In this document: in pieces, positions 47,520-56,360 of the stretch
Position numbering within the stretch: position 1 is the stretch's first letter
How the letters are laid out: each line of letters starts with the position of its first letter
DNA from: a virus
IMG/VR virus record: IMGVR_UViG_3300023179_000013
Coordinates: 32,001 to 96,000 of that record
DNA length: 64,000 nt
Direction: 5' to 3' (one strand)
The notes under the pieces: generated by a model
Database searches by the model: none
Seen by the model: only the letters and a program-made list of their open reading frames with translations
What the model was told of the DNA's origin: nothing
Made by a program: the position numbers and the translations under genes

Positions 47520-48221
47520 ATGGCAACACAATATGCAAATGGAAGAATAGTAACAGATAGTTTACTAGTAGTACTAGATGCTAGTGATAAATTATCTTAC
47601 CCAGGTTCTGGAGCAACGTGGACAGATGTGTCGGGAAATGGCAGAAATGCCACTATAGCAGGGACTGTAACAACAGGAAATAATTTTGGAGGTTATATAG
47701 AAACACCAGCAAACCAAACATCAACGTGTGTTATACTTCCAGAATCAGCTCCACAAGCTTTAACTAATGGACTCATATTTTCAATAGAGTGGTGGTGTAC
47801 AATGAAAGATACTGGAGGTGGAAGATATCAAATGTCAATGGTAAATTCAGGAGGAGGTAATTTATTTATTATAGGAAAAGATGCAAGTACATTTAGTATA
47901 TATGCTGTATCTTTACTAGCAGGAAATGCACCAACTTATACAGTAAATGTTCCTCAACAATTAGTAGTAACATCAGATGGATCAAATCAGCGTTTTTATA
48001 AAAATGGTGTAATAACCGGAACTTGGGGTGCACCATTATCAGAAATAAAAACTACGTGCGGTTGGATTATAGACCAAGAACAAGATGCTTGTAAAGGAGC
48101 ATTTGATCCTAATCAAAATACTTATGGGTGGTGGCATAGTGTTAAAATGTACAATAAAATGCTATCAGCAGCAGAAGTAGCACAAAACTACAACGCCCTA
48201 AAATCACGCTTCGGCTTATAA
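47520..48221 (+). CDS. LamG/pentraxin-like protein 3
   Basis: Same termini; IDQEQD (pentraxin-like) and YNKMLSAAEVAQNYNA. Confidence 0.75.
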   Translation: MATQYANGRIVTDSLLVVLDASDKLSYPGSGATWTDVSGNGRNATIAGTVTTGNNFGGYIETPANQTSTCVILPESAPQALTNGLIFSIEWWCTMKDTGGGRYQMSMVNSGGGNLFIIGKDASTFSIYAVSLLAGNAPTYTVNVPQQLVVTSDGSNQRFYKNGVITGTWGAPLSEIKTTCGWIIDQEQDACKGAFDPNQNTYGWWHSVKMYNKMLSAAEVAQNYNALKSRFGL

Positions 48222-48232
48222 ACAACAAAAAT

Positions 48233-48499
48233 ATGGAAACACAATTACAAGACTACGAAAATAGAAAATTCATAATCTTTAATGTATCAGAATTACCAAA
48301 CATTGATTTCACACAAGTGTGTGAAACATCAGCTGACACTGTTCGTAAATCAATAGATGGCACCAAAACATTCGTTAAGTGGGATGGTGATATGCCTCAA
48401 TGTGTAGCAGATTTAACCACTAAGGAAGGTCCATACACCTATGATGAAATTCTTACCATTCTTACTACAGAAGAATGGACGTCACCTATGCTTATTTAA
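48233..48499 (+). CDS. Small hypothetical protein of the fibre cluster
   Basis: 88-aa ORF; RKSIDGTKTFVKW. Confidence 0.7.
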   Translation: METQLQDYENRKFIIFNVSELPNIDFTQVCETSADTVRKSIDGTKTFVKWDGDMPQCVADLTTKEGPYTYDEILTILTTEEWTSPMLI

Positions 48500-48506
48500 T
48501 ATTTAT
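48499..48506 (+). promoter_or_regulatory. ATATTTAT putative late promoter
   Basis: Upstream of 48523. Confidence 0.65.
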
Positions 48507-48522
48507 ATCAAATAAATAACAA

Positions 48523-48810
48523 ATGAAAGCAATCCAACCAGTAAACATTTGGGCAGGTGGCCAAAACGTACAAGCTAACAATTTAGACATGTATATTATC
48601 AATGATAATTTATCATCATCTGCTACATTCTACTATCAGTTATTAAATGTAACAACTGATGGTGAAGGTAATGTAACATCATCTCAACAATTAGCACAAG
48701 GCAATTTAACAATCAGTGGAACTGATTATGAAAATTGGGGTGATGCTGGTAATATTAATGATGCTGCTTATGTATGGGCTGCTGGTCAATTGAATTTAAC
48801 TTTAGTTTAA
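48523..48810 (+). CDS. Small hypothetical protein, possible fibre chaperone or tip protein
   Basis: 95-aa ORF with own ATATTTAT motif. Confidence 0.65.
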   Translation: MKAIQPVNIWAGGQNVQANNLDMYIINDNLSSSATFYYQLLNVTTDGEGNVTSSQQLAQGNLTISGTDYENWGDAGNINDAAYVWAAGQLNLTLV

Positions 48811-48854
48811 TATAAACCCCCGTCTCAGGGACAGTGAACTGAGGCAGTACATAA

Positions 48855-51626
48855 ATGCCAAATGAATTCGTTGCCAGGAATGGCATAATTGCGCTTAATA
48901 ATTCATCAATAACAGGTTCTTTAGGTGTATCCGGTGGTATCACTGGATCTCTACTTGGTACTGCCTCATGGGCATCAAATGCCGTTACATCATCTTATGT
49001 ACTAAATGCAGTAAGTGCTTCATTTGCTAGTACAGCATCATTTGTTAATCCGCTTTTACAAAATGTATTAATAGGAACAACAACAGATGCTGGTTATAAA
49101 TTAGATGTAAATGGTACAACTAGAATACAAGGAGCAATAACATTAAATAATGGACAAGGAAATGCTCTTATACAACAGGTTGGAACTCAGGTTTATTTTC
49201 CTAATGCAAATGGAATTGCCGGTTATGGATTTTCTTCTCCAAGTAATGGAGTACAAACGTTTAAAGATAACTATGTTTTAGGAACAGCATTAACATCATC
49301 TGCAGCAAATGATGGTGTTCAAACAGGATATAGTTTTGATACACTTTATTCCTTAATATCAGGAAATAAAATAGCTAAATTTACTACGACAGGTTCGTTA
49401 AAAGCATATATAGATTATGATGGAAGTATTTGGTCTAGTGGTTCTGGTACTTTTATAAAGGGATTATCAGTAACTGGATCTTTAAATGCTCCTTCAATAA
49501 CTGGTTCACTTCAAGGAACAGCTTCATGGGCAAACAATGTAATAAGTGCTTCATTTGCTACAACAGCATCAAATGCTTTAACAGCATCTTATATATTAAG
49601 TGCTGTATCTGCTTCATTTGCCTCTACAGCATCATCCGTTAATACATTAAACCAAGCTGTAGCAATATCTGGTTCCTTCACAATAGTAACAGGCAGCGGA
49701 GTAGAATTCCAAGTAACAAACACAGGAACTAAGATCGGTAACATAGCAACCGACACTCACACCATCACAGGCTCAATGTACCAATCAGGCTCTACAGTAG
49801 CCCTCTCACTCCGCGGCTCAGGCTCAGGTGTGTTTACAGTTGATGGAACATCAGGTCGTCTCTTCTCAGTAGACGATTCACTTTCAGGTTCACTCTTCAG
49901 TGTAAACACAGCAGCAGGTTTACCTATTATAGAAGCATTCTCTGATAATACTGTTCGTATTGGACAATACGGACAAAGAGTATTATATGTTTCCCAATCT
50001 AGAGTTGGTGTTGGTAAAGAAACAGGATTAAATGGTGTATTGGATGTTAGTGGAAGTGTTACTGTAACAGGTTCACTTAATGTAAGCGGTTCAATTACAG
50101 GTTCGCTTTTAGGAACAGCATCCTTAGCAACAACAGCATCAAATGCTTTAACAGCATCTTATGTGTTGAATGCCGTAAGTGCTTCATTTGCCTCAACTGC
50201 TAGCTTCTGGAGTGGCAGCGTAACAAACGCTACTAGTGCCTCATTTGCAACCACATCATCATACGCTAATAATTTTACAGTAGCAGGTACTATAACAGCA
50301 CAAACGCTTGTAGTACAAGAAATAACATCATCAAGAGACTTTGTAACTGGTTCTACACGCTTCGGAAGTTTATTATCAAACACTCATCAGTTTACTGGTA
50401 GTGTAAGTATGACTGGTAGTTTAACAACAAACGGAAATACTATAGTATCGGGTTCTTTAACAGTAGCAACATCATCTAATCAGGGAGGTGTTCAACTTTA
50501 TAGTAATTCATCAGTGGGAGGAGGAATTAGATTTTCTCATACAAACGGTAGTGTTATAGGTAGAATAGAATTAAATGCTGGTGGTGGAACAACTGGTTTA
50601 GATTTATATGCTTATGATTATTTTAATTTTAAAACACTTAATACAGCTATAAACTTCATAACAACAACCGCAACTAACTGGTACACATATAGTGGAAATA
50701 AATTTAACTTTGTAGGATATACAGGGTTTGGTGGTGAGGTTATAATGAAAAACAACCTAGATGGTACTGAAGTTTTTCATGCATATTTAGCTGATACATA
50801 TAAAGTAGCTTTCCCAACAGGAAGTGTTAGTATAGGTAAACCAGCAGCAACTACTCCAAATGCAACATTAGATGTTAGTGGATCAGTTACCATAACAGGC
50901 TCTCTCACAGTTATCACAGGCAGTGCAATTGAACTCCAAGTTACTAATACTGGTGTTAAAATCGGTAATGCTATTACAGATACTCACACAGTAACAGGTT
51001 CTATTAATATTAGTGGTAGTGTAACTGCAACTAACTTTACAGGTTCCTTATTCGGAACTGCAAGTTGGGCAACAACAGCAACAAGAGTTATAGGTGGTAC
51101 TAAAGATTATGTTGCTGTATGGGATACTGGTGGTGTGTTAACAACAGGATCCGTTTTTAATCCTAGTGCTACTGGTAATGTTGGTATAAACAACTTATCA
51201 CCATCATATAAAGTACATATTAGTGGTAGTACTGCTATATATGGGGGTGGATTAATAGTATCAGGTACCTTAGCAACATCAGGTAGTGGTTCTCAAGGTT
51301 TAGTAGCACCACTTAAATTTACTACACCTACATTAGGATCTAGTTATACTTTAGTGTATACAGACGAAGGAAAAATAGTTGAAATGAATAATAATGCGGA
51401 TGCTCCATTAACATTAACAATCCCATTAAACTCAAGCGTTGGTTTTCCTATTGGTACAGAAATTTCTATTATACAAATAGGTTCGGGTACAACTATAATT
51501 ACAGGAAGTGCTGGCGTAACAATAAATAGTTCAGGGGGATTAAAAACTCTTCAAAATCAATATGATGTTGCCTCTATTGTAAAACGTGGTACTGATAGCT
51601 GGTATTTATTTGGTAACTTAGGTTAA
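48855..51626 (+). CDS. Second tail fibre-like protein (923 aa)
   Basis: Shares TASY repeats, THQFTGS and TTDAGYKLDVNG modules with 38123..45988. Confidence 0.78.
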   Translation: MPNEFVARNGIIALNNSSITGSLGVSGGITGSLLGTASWASNAVTSSYVLNAVSASFASTASFVNPLLQNVLIGTTTDAGYKLDVNGTTRIQGAITLNNGQGNALIQQVGTQVYFPNANGIAGYGFSSPSNGVQTFKDNYVLGTALTSSAANDGVQTGYSFDTLYSLISGNKIAKFTTTGSLKAYIDYDGSIWSSGSGTFIKGLSVTGSLNAPSITGSLQGTASWANNVISASFATTASNALTASYILSAVSASFASTASSVNTLNQAVAISGSFTIVTGSGVEFQVTNTGTKIGNIATDTHTITGSMYQSGSTVALSLRGSGSGVFTVDGTSGRLFSVDDSLSGSLFSVNTAAGLPIIEAFSDNTVRIGQYGQRVLYVSQSRVGVGKETGLNGVLDVSGSVTVTGSLNVSGSITGSLLGTASLATTASNALTASYVLNAVSASFASTASFWSGSVTNATSASFATTSSYANNFTVAGTITAQTLVVQEITSSRDFVTGSTRFGSLLSNTHQFTGSVSMTGSLTTNGNTIVSGSLTVATSSNQGGVQLYSNSSVGGGIRFSHTNGSVIGRIELNAGGGTTGLDLYAYDYFNFKTLNTAINFITTTATNWYTYSGNKFNFVGYTGFGGEVIMKNNLDGTEVFHAYLADTYKVAFPTGSVSIGKPAATTPNATLDVSGSVTITGSLTVITGSAIELQVTNTGVKIGNAITDTHTVTGSINISGSVTATNFTGSLFGTASWATTATRVIGGTKDYVAVWDTGGVLTTGSVFNPSATGNVGINNLSPSYKVHISGSTAIYGGGLIVSGTLATSGSGSQGLVAPLKFTTPTLGSSYTLVYTDEGKIVEMNNNADAPLTLTIPLNSSVGFPIGTEISIIQIGSGTTIITGSAGVTINSSGGLKTLQNQYDVASIVKRGTDSWYLFGNLG

Positions 51627-51635
51627 TAAAATATT

Positions 51636-52061
51636 ATGATTTTAACTAGAATGGGAGTTGTAGCTGCTTCAAAATCATCAGGAAGTGCCCCTCCAGTATA
51701 TTATACTATAGCAATTAGTGGTTCATATGATTTTGATGGAAGACCAAACAATGTTGATCTGTATTGGGATAGTGGAAGTGGATATAACTATGTAGCTACT
51801 GTTACTTCTATTAAGCAAACATGTAACGGTATTGCTACATTAACAGTATTATCTGGTAGTGCTGCTGGACTTATTAAATTTGTAGACCCAGGAAATTGTG
51901 ATGTTGCTATTAAGTATATTTTAAACGACCCAGTATGTGCTAATTATGATAGTGAGGGTTGTGAAATTGATTTAGGTACACCATCAAGTGATACTACTCA
52001 TGCTGTTGTAATAAAATTACAAAACAACGATCCATTTCCTGCAACTTTTATTTGTTGTTAA
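51636..52061 (+). CDS. Cys-containing fibre-tip/accessory protein
   Basis: MILTRMGVVAAS start; six Cys; ends CC. Confidence 0.6.
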   Translation: MILTRMGVVAASKSSGSAPPVYYTIAISGSYDFDGRPNNVDLYWDSGSGYNYVATVTSIKQTCNGIATLTVLSGSAAGLIKFVDPGNCDVAIKYILNDPVCANYDSEGCEIDLGTPSSDTTHAVVIKLQNNDPFPATFICC

Positions 52062-52090
52062 AAAACTTGGTTGTCTCCTAAATTTGGTAT

Positions 52091-52098
52091 ATATTTAT
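52091..52098 (+). promoter_or_regulatory. ATATTTAT motif, also fitting a host-type promoter
   Basis: CTTG at 52066, 20-nt spacer, then TAtaTTTA at 52090. Confidence 0.65.
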
Positions 52099-52113
52099 AT
52101 CAAATATAAAAAC

Positions 52114-52353
52114 ATGTTAACGATTATCATTTTAGCCGCTCTTAGTGTTATTGTTGGTGTTTGGATCCTCAACAAAAACAGCAAATCCACCACAACAGAA
52201 ACCAAACCAGAAGTTCCAACTGTAGAAGAAGAACCAATTGGTTATGAAACAGGTTCATTTAGTCCAATAGTTGAAACTAAACCAAAAGTTAAAAAAACAA
52301 CCGCTGCTAAACCTAAAGCACCTAAAGCTCCTAAGAAGCCAAAAAATGCTTAA
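52114..52353 (+). CDS. Small membrane protein with Lys/Pro tail
   Basis: ATG at 52114 downstream of the promoter; N-terminal TM helix. Confidence 0.65.
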   Translation: MLTIIILAALSVIVGVWILNKNSKSTTTETKPEVPTVEEEPIGYETGSFSPIVETKPKVKKTTAAKPKAPKAPKKPKNA

Positions 52354-52579
52354 GATTGTTGAAATAGCTAAAGCATGGATTGCTGCAGCTAACCCAACTC
52401 CTGAACAACAAGCTATAGCTGAATATCGTGCTGCTGTGTGTGATGAATGTCCACATAAAAATCACGTAAATGCTATTAATACTTTTGTTTGTGGAAAATG
52501 TGGTTGCCCATTAAACAAAAAAATATTTAGTCCATTACCTGGCGAACAGGCATGTCCTGATCAACGTTGGAAAAAATAA
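52346..52579 (+). CDS. Small Zn-finger-like protein
   Basis: ATG at 52346; CDECP...CGKCGC...CPDQRW. Confidence 0.7.
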   Translation: MLKIVEIAKAWIAAANPTPEQQAIAEYRAAVCDECPHKNHVNAINTFVCGKCGCPLNKKIFSPLPGEQACPDQRWKK

Positions 52580-52593
52580 AATAAACAAATAAT

Positions 52594-52866
52594 ATGTCAG
52601 AAGTAAAACAATTAACTCCTGAAGAGTTACAACAAATTAAAGATATGCAACAACAATACAACAAGTTTGTATTTGAACTTGGTAGCGTTGAAGCACAATT
52701 GCAAAATGTTATTGCCACTAAAGAATTAATTGAAACCGAAAAATCTAATGTTTTAGAAGACATTAAAAAATTAGGTGAGCGCGAAAAAGAAATTATTAAT
52801 ACACTTCAAGCAAAATACGGCGCTGGATCAATTAACCCAGAAACGGGCGAAATTACTCCGCTTTAA
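52594..52866 (+). CDS. Small coiled-coil protein
   Basis: Helical hairpin ending LQAKYGAGSINPETGEI. Confidence 0.7.
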   Translation: MSEVKQLTPEELQQIKDMQQQYNKFVFELGSVEAQLQNVIATKELIETEKSNVLEDIKKLGEREKEIINTLQAKYGAGSINPETGEITPL

Positions 52867-52900
52867 TCGAGAGACTTCTGCGTTTTGTGTGTTTTTGTAA

Positions 52901-52908
52901 ATATTTAT
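52901..52908 (+). promoter_or_regulatory. ATATTTAT putative late promoter
   Basis: Upstream of the sheath gene. Confidence 0.65.
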
Positions 52909-52951
52909 CGTTAGGTAATCCCTAATTATAAATTAAACAATTACAAATAAA

Positions 52952-54685
52952 ATGGCAGAAGTAATTCTTTCCCCTGGTGTATTTCAGATTGAGTCTGATC
53001 AAAGTTTATACACCCAAGCCCCACCAGCACTTGGCGCAGCTATTGTAGGACCTACAGTAAAAGGTCGCCCATTCGTACCAACGTACGTTACTACTTATAC
53101 ACAATATTTGTCACTTTTTGGTGATGTGTTTAAAAGTGGTAGCTACTATTACGAATATTTCACGTCACAAGCTGCTCGTGAATATTTCCAAAATGGTGGT
53201 CAATCATTATTAGTAACCAGAATTATTAGTGGTTCAGCTAACATTAGTACTTATGCTCAAGCTAACGTTACTTCTGGTAGTGTAACTCAACTTGTTTTAG
53301 AAACATTAGCTTGGGGTGATCAAATGAATAATACCTCTAGTTTAAGTAAAGGCGCTTTAGCTAGTGGTTCTCAATACAATGTTCGTTGGGAAGTAACTAA
53401 TGTAAACACCGGATCTAATGGTGGTACATTTACACTTATAATTCGTCGTGGTGATGATAATGATGCTCAAAAGAATATTTTAGAAACATGGGCTAACATG
53501 AGTTTAGACCCACAATTACCAAACTATGTTTCTCGTGTAATTGGTGATTTAAAACCAGTAGCTGATTTAACTAATGGATATGTAAATTTTACAGGTAGCT
53601 TTGCAAATGCTTCTCAGTATGTTCGTGTTGCTTCTGTAACTACTCCAAACGTAGACTCTATTGATAATAATGGTAATTTTAAAACCGGCTCTTTTGCTTC
53701 TACATTACCTTCAGTAGGTAGTGGTTCATTTGGTGGTTCATTTGCTGGTGGTGTAGCTGATACTACTTTTGCAAAGCAAATGAATGAAAATATAGGAAAC
53801 GGTTCCTCTCCAAGTAATACAAATAATATTCAAGGTTTTTCACCTGCTGATTACAACAATGCCTTTACTTTATTAGCAAATAAAGATGAATATCGCTATA
53901 ACATTTTAATGGCTCCTGGAATTGGATTAGATTGTTCAGCTGCTTCAACTATGATTTCAACAGTTGAAGGTCGTGGTGATGCAATTGCTATTTTAGGTGC
54001 TGGTGTTTATGGTACTTCAATAACAGCTGCTGTAACAAATGCTTCTGGCCAATCCAGCAACTACGGTGCTGCTTATTATCCTTGGGTTCAAGTATACAGC
54101 TCAGGTTTAGGAAAAGCTGTTTGGGTTCCACCTTCTACAGTAATTGGTGGTGTATTAGCATTCAACGACCAAGTAGGTGCTGAATGGTTTGCCCCAGCAG
54201 GTTTAAATCGTGGTGGTATTCCATCAGTAATTAGAGCTGAGCGTCGTTTACAACAAACAGATCGCGATACATTATATACAGGTAATGTTAACCCATTAGC
54301 TACCTTCCCTGGAACAGGTGTTGTAGTATGGGGTCAGAAAACATTACAACGCAAACCAACATCTCTCGACCGCGTAAACGTTCGTCGTTTGTTGATTGCA
54401 TTGAAAGATTATATTGGTGGTGTTGCTCGCAACTTAGTATTCGAACAAAATACAACCGTTACTCGTAACCGCTTCTTAAGCCAAGTAAACCCATATCTTG
54501 AATCAGTAGTTCAACGTCAAGGTTTATATGCTTATAAAGTAATAATGGATGATACTAATAATACTCCTGATGTAATCGACAGAAATCAGTTAGTAGGTCA
54601 GATTTATATCCAACCAACTAAGACTGCTGAGTTTATTATCTTGAACTTTAACTTAACTCCAACCGGTGCTACATTCCCTGCATAA
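52952..54685 (+). CDS. Contractile tail sheath protein (gp18-like)
   Basis: SPGVF, YYPWV, WFAPAGLNRG, WGQKTL, RVNVRRL and PTKTAEFI. Confidence 0.95.
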   Translation: MAEVILSPGVFQIESDQSLYTQAPPALGAAIVGPTVKGRPFVPTYVTTYTQYLSLFGDVFKSGSYYYEYFTSQAAREYFQNGGQSLLVTRIISGSANISTYAQANVTSGSVTQLVLETLAWGDQMNNTSSLSKGALASGSQYNVRWEVTNVNTGSNGGTFTLIIRRGDDNDAQKNILETWANMSLDPQLPNYVSRVIGDLKPVADLTNGYVNFTGSFANASQYVRVASVTTPNVDSIDNNGNFKTGSFASTLPSVGSGSFGGSFAGGVADTTFAKQMNENIGNGSSPSNTNNIQGFSPADYNNAFTLLANKDEYRYNILMAPGIGLDCSAASTMISTVEGRGDAIAILGAGVYGTSITAAVTNASGQSSNYGAAYYPWVQVYSSGLGKAVWVPPSTVIGGVLAFNDQVGAEWFAPAGLNRGGIPSVIRAERRLQQTDRDTLYTGNVNPLATFPGTGVVVWGQKTLQRKPTSLDRVNVRRLLIALKDYIGGVARNLVFEQNTTVTRNRFLSQVNPYLESVVQRQGLYAYKVIMDDTNNTPDVIDRNQLVGQIYIQPTKTAEFIILNFNLTPTGATFPA

Positions 54686-54696
54686 GGGATTGTAGC
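54668..54696 (+). other. Stem-loop over the sheath stop codon
   Basis: GCTACA-t-TCCCT-gcata-AGGGA-t-TGTAGC. Confidence 0.45.
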
Positions 54697-54701
54697 TCTT
54701 A

Positions 54702-54709
54702 ATATTTAT
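54702..54709 (+). promoter_or_regulatory. ATATTTAT putative late promoter
   Basis: Upstream of the tube gene. Confidence 0.65.
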
Positions 54710-54735
54710 TAACAGCAATTAAACAATAATAGAAA

Positions 54736-55221
54736 ATGCCAGTATTAAATCCTAACGAAATCATGTTTACAGCGTTTGAACCTAAAGTTTCAAATCGCTT
54801 TATCATGTATATTGATGGTATTCCAGCTTATTTGATCAAGAAAGCCGCCGCTCCAGGTTTTGAAGCTGGTGAGATTATATTAGACCACATCAACGTTTAC
54901 CGTAAAGTTAAAGGTAAAGTTAAGTGGAACGATATGACTTTAGAATTATACGATCCTGTAACCCCAAGTGGTGCTCAATCTGTAATGGAATGGGCTCGTT
55001 TGGCCCATGAATCAGTAACCGGCCGCGATGGTTATTCTGATTTTTATAAAAAAGACATCACATTAGACATTTTAGGTCCTGTAGGTGATATCGTAGGTGA
55101 GTGGATTATCAAGGGTGCTTATGTTAAAACAGCTACCTTTGGTGAGTATGATTGGTCAAATGAAGCAGCTATCAGTTTATCTGTAACAGTTGCTATGGAT
55201 TATTGCGTATTGAACTTCTAA
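54736..55221 (+). CDS. Tail tube protein (gp19-like)
   Basis: EPKVSNRF, GKVKWNDMTL and YKKDITL...W; follows the sheath. Confidence 0.9.
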   Translation: MPVLNPNEIMFTAFEPKVSNRFIMYIDGIPAYLIKKAAAPGFEAGEIILDHINVYRKVKGKVKWNDMTLELYDPVTPSGAQSVMEWARLAHESVTGRDGYSDFYKKDITLDILGPVGDIVGEWIIKGAYVKTATFGEYDWSNEAAISLSVTVAMDYCVLNF

Positions 55222-55245
55222 TTCCCCTTCATATTTCTCAACTTC

Positions 55246-55276
55246 AGGCGTCTGCTTTGGCAGACGCCTTTCTTTT
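55246..55276 (+). terminator. Rho-independent terminator
   Basis: AGGCGTCTGC-tttg-GCAGACGCCT followed by TTCTTTT. Confidence 0.85.
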
Positions 55277-55280
55277 GCAT

Positions 55281-55288
55281 ATATTTAT
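55281..55288 (+). promoter_or_regulatory. ATATTTAT putative late promoter
   Basis: Upstream of 55314, right after a terminator. Confidence 0.65.
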
Positions 55289-55313
55289 ATACACAACAAA
55301 ATAAAATTAGTTT

Positions 55314-56072
55314 ATGGCTGAATTAAAGTTACCAACAGAAAAAGTTTCATTACCTTCTAAAGGTTTACTGTATCCTAAAGAATCACCACTTTCAAAAGGT
55401 GAAATTGAAATGAAGTATATGACGGCTAAGGAAGAAGATATTCTTACCAATAGTAACTTTATTAAAAATGGTACAGTAGTTGATAAATTGCTACAGTCGT
55501 TGATTGTTACTCCTATTAATTACGATGAATTATTGATTGGTGATAAAAATGCAATTTTAGTTGCTGCTCGTATTTTAGGATATGGTGCTGAATATTCATT
55601 TAAATATAATAATGAACGTAGACAAGAAATAGAAGCAACAGTAGATTTATCTACATTAAAAGAAAAAGAATTAGACGCTTCTTTAATTAAAAACGGTGTA
55701 AATGAATTTAGTTTTAGTTTACCTAAATCTGGTAATGTTGTTACATTTAAATTATTGACACACGGTGATGAGAAAAAAATTGAAGCCGAAATTAAAGGTT
55801 TAACTAAAGTAAATCCAAATGGTTCATTTGACGTTACAACTCGTTTAAAACACATGGTTACTTCTGTTAATGGAGATCGTGATCAAAAATCAATTCGCGA
55901 CTTTATTGATAATTTTTTATTAGCTAGTGATGCTAGAGCATTACGTGAATATTATTCTAATGTCCAACCTGATATTGAATTAAAGTTCATTCCTGAAGAT
56001 GAAAACTATACAGGGGAGGGTATAGACATTCCTATTTCTTTAAACTTTTTTTGGCCTGACGCCAGAGTATAG
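55314..56072 (+). CDS. Baseplate hub assembly/tail chaperone (gp26-like)
   Basis: LPSKGLLY, YMTAKEEDIL and GDKNAILVAARI; ends FFWP; lies between tube and tape measure. Confidence 0.8.
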   Translation: MAELKLPTEKVSLPSKGLLYPKESPLSKGEIEMKYMTAKEEDILTNSNFIKNGTVVDKLLQSLIVTPINYDELLIGDKNAILVAARILGYGAEYSFKYNNERRQEIEATVDLSTLKEKELDASLIKNGVNEFSFSLPKSGNVVTFKLLTHGDEKKIEAEIKGLTKVNPNGSFDVTTRLKHMVTSVNGDRDQKSIRDFIDNFLLASDARALREYYSNVQPDIELKFIPEDENYTGEGIDIPISLNFFWPDARV

Positions 56073-56325
56073 ACCTATACTATTCAAACAAATCCATGAA
56101 ATAGTATTTCATGGAAATGGTGGATATGATTGGGATACTGTATATAATATGCCATTATGGTTGCGCCGAACTACGTTTAATCTAATGAAAGAACATTATG
56201 ATAAACAAAATGAAGAGGCAGAAAAGCAACAAAACATGTTAAAAAACAAAACAGGTAGTAAAGATATAGCACGACCAAACATAGCTCCCAAACCAAACTA
56301 TATTGCAAAAGCGCCTAAAAAATAG
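56053..56325 (+). CDS. gp51-like extension probably reached by +1 frameshift (not in ORF track)
   Basis: Open +1 frame GLTPEYRPILFKQIHEIVFHGNGGYDWDTVYNMPLWLRR...PKK* directly after a T7 run; first ATG only at 56149. Confidence 0.7.
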   Translation, partial: GLTPEYRPILFKQIHEIVFHGNGGYDWDTVYNMPLWLRRTTFNLMKEHYDKQNEEAEKQQNMLKNKTGSKDIARPNIAPKPNYIAKAPKK

Positions 56326-56332
56326 GCGCTTT
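56308..56332 (+). terminator. Stem-loop/terminator
   Basis: AAAGCGCCTA-aaaaa-TAGGCGCTTT. Confidence 0.6.
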
Positions 56333-56334
56333 CA

Positions 56335-56342
56335 ATATTTAT
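56335..56342 (+). promoter_or_regulatory. ATATTTAT putative late promoter
   Basis: Upstream of the tape measure gene. Confidence 0.65.
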
Positions 56343-56360
56343 ATGACGTAATATCTGATT

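Noticed and set aside
46188-48221. Diversity-generating retroelement acting on the LamG 3' ends
   Set aside because: No reverse transcriptase or non-coding template repeat in the window, and differences between copies are not adenine-specific.
14386-52345. ORF-track starts at 14386, 16533, 18502, 23466, 26901, 52084 and 52271
   Set aside because: They overlap promoters or upstream genes, or use TTG/GTG; downstream ATGs fit spacing and leader motifs better.
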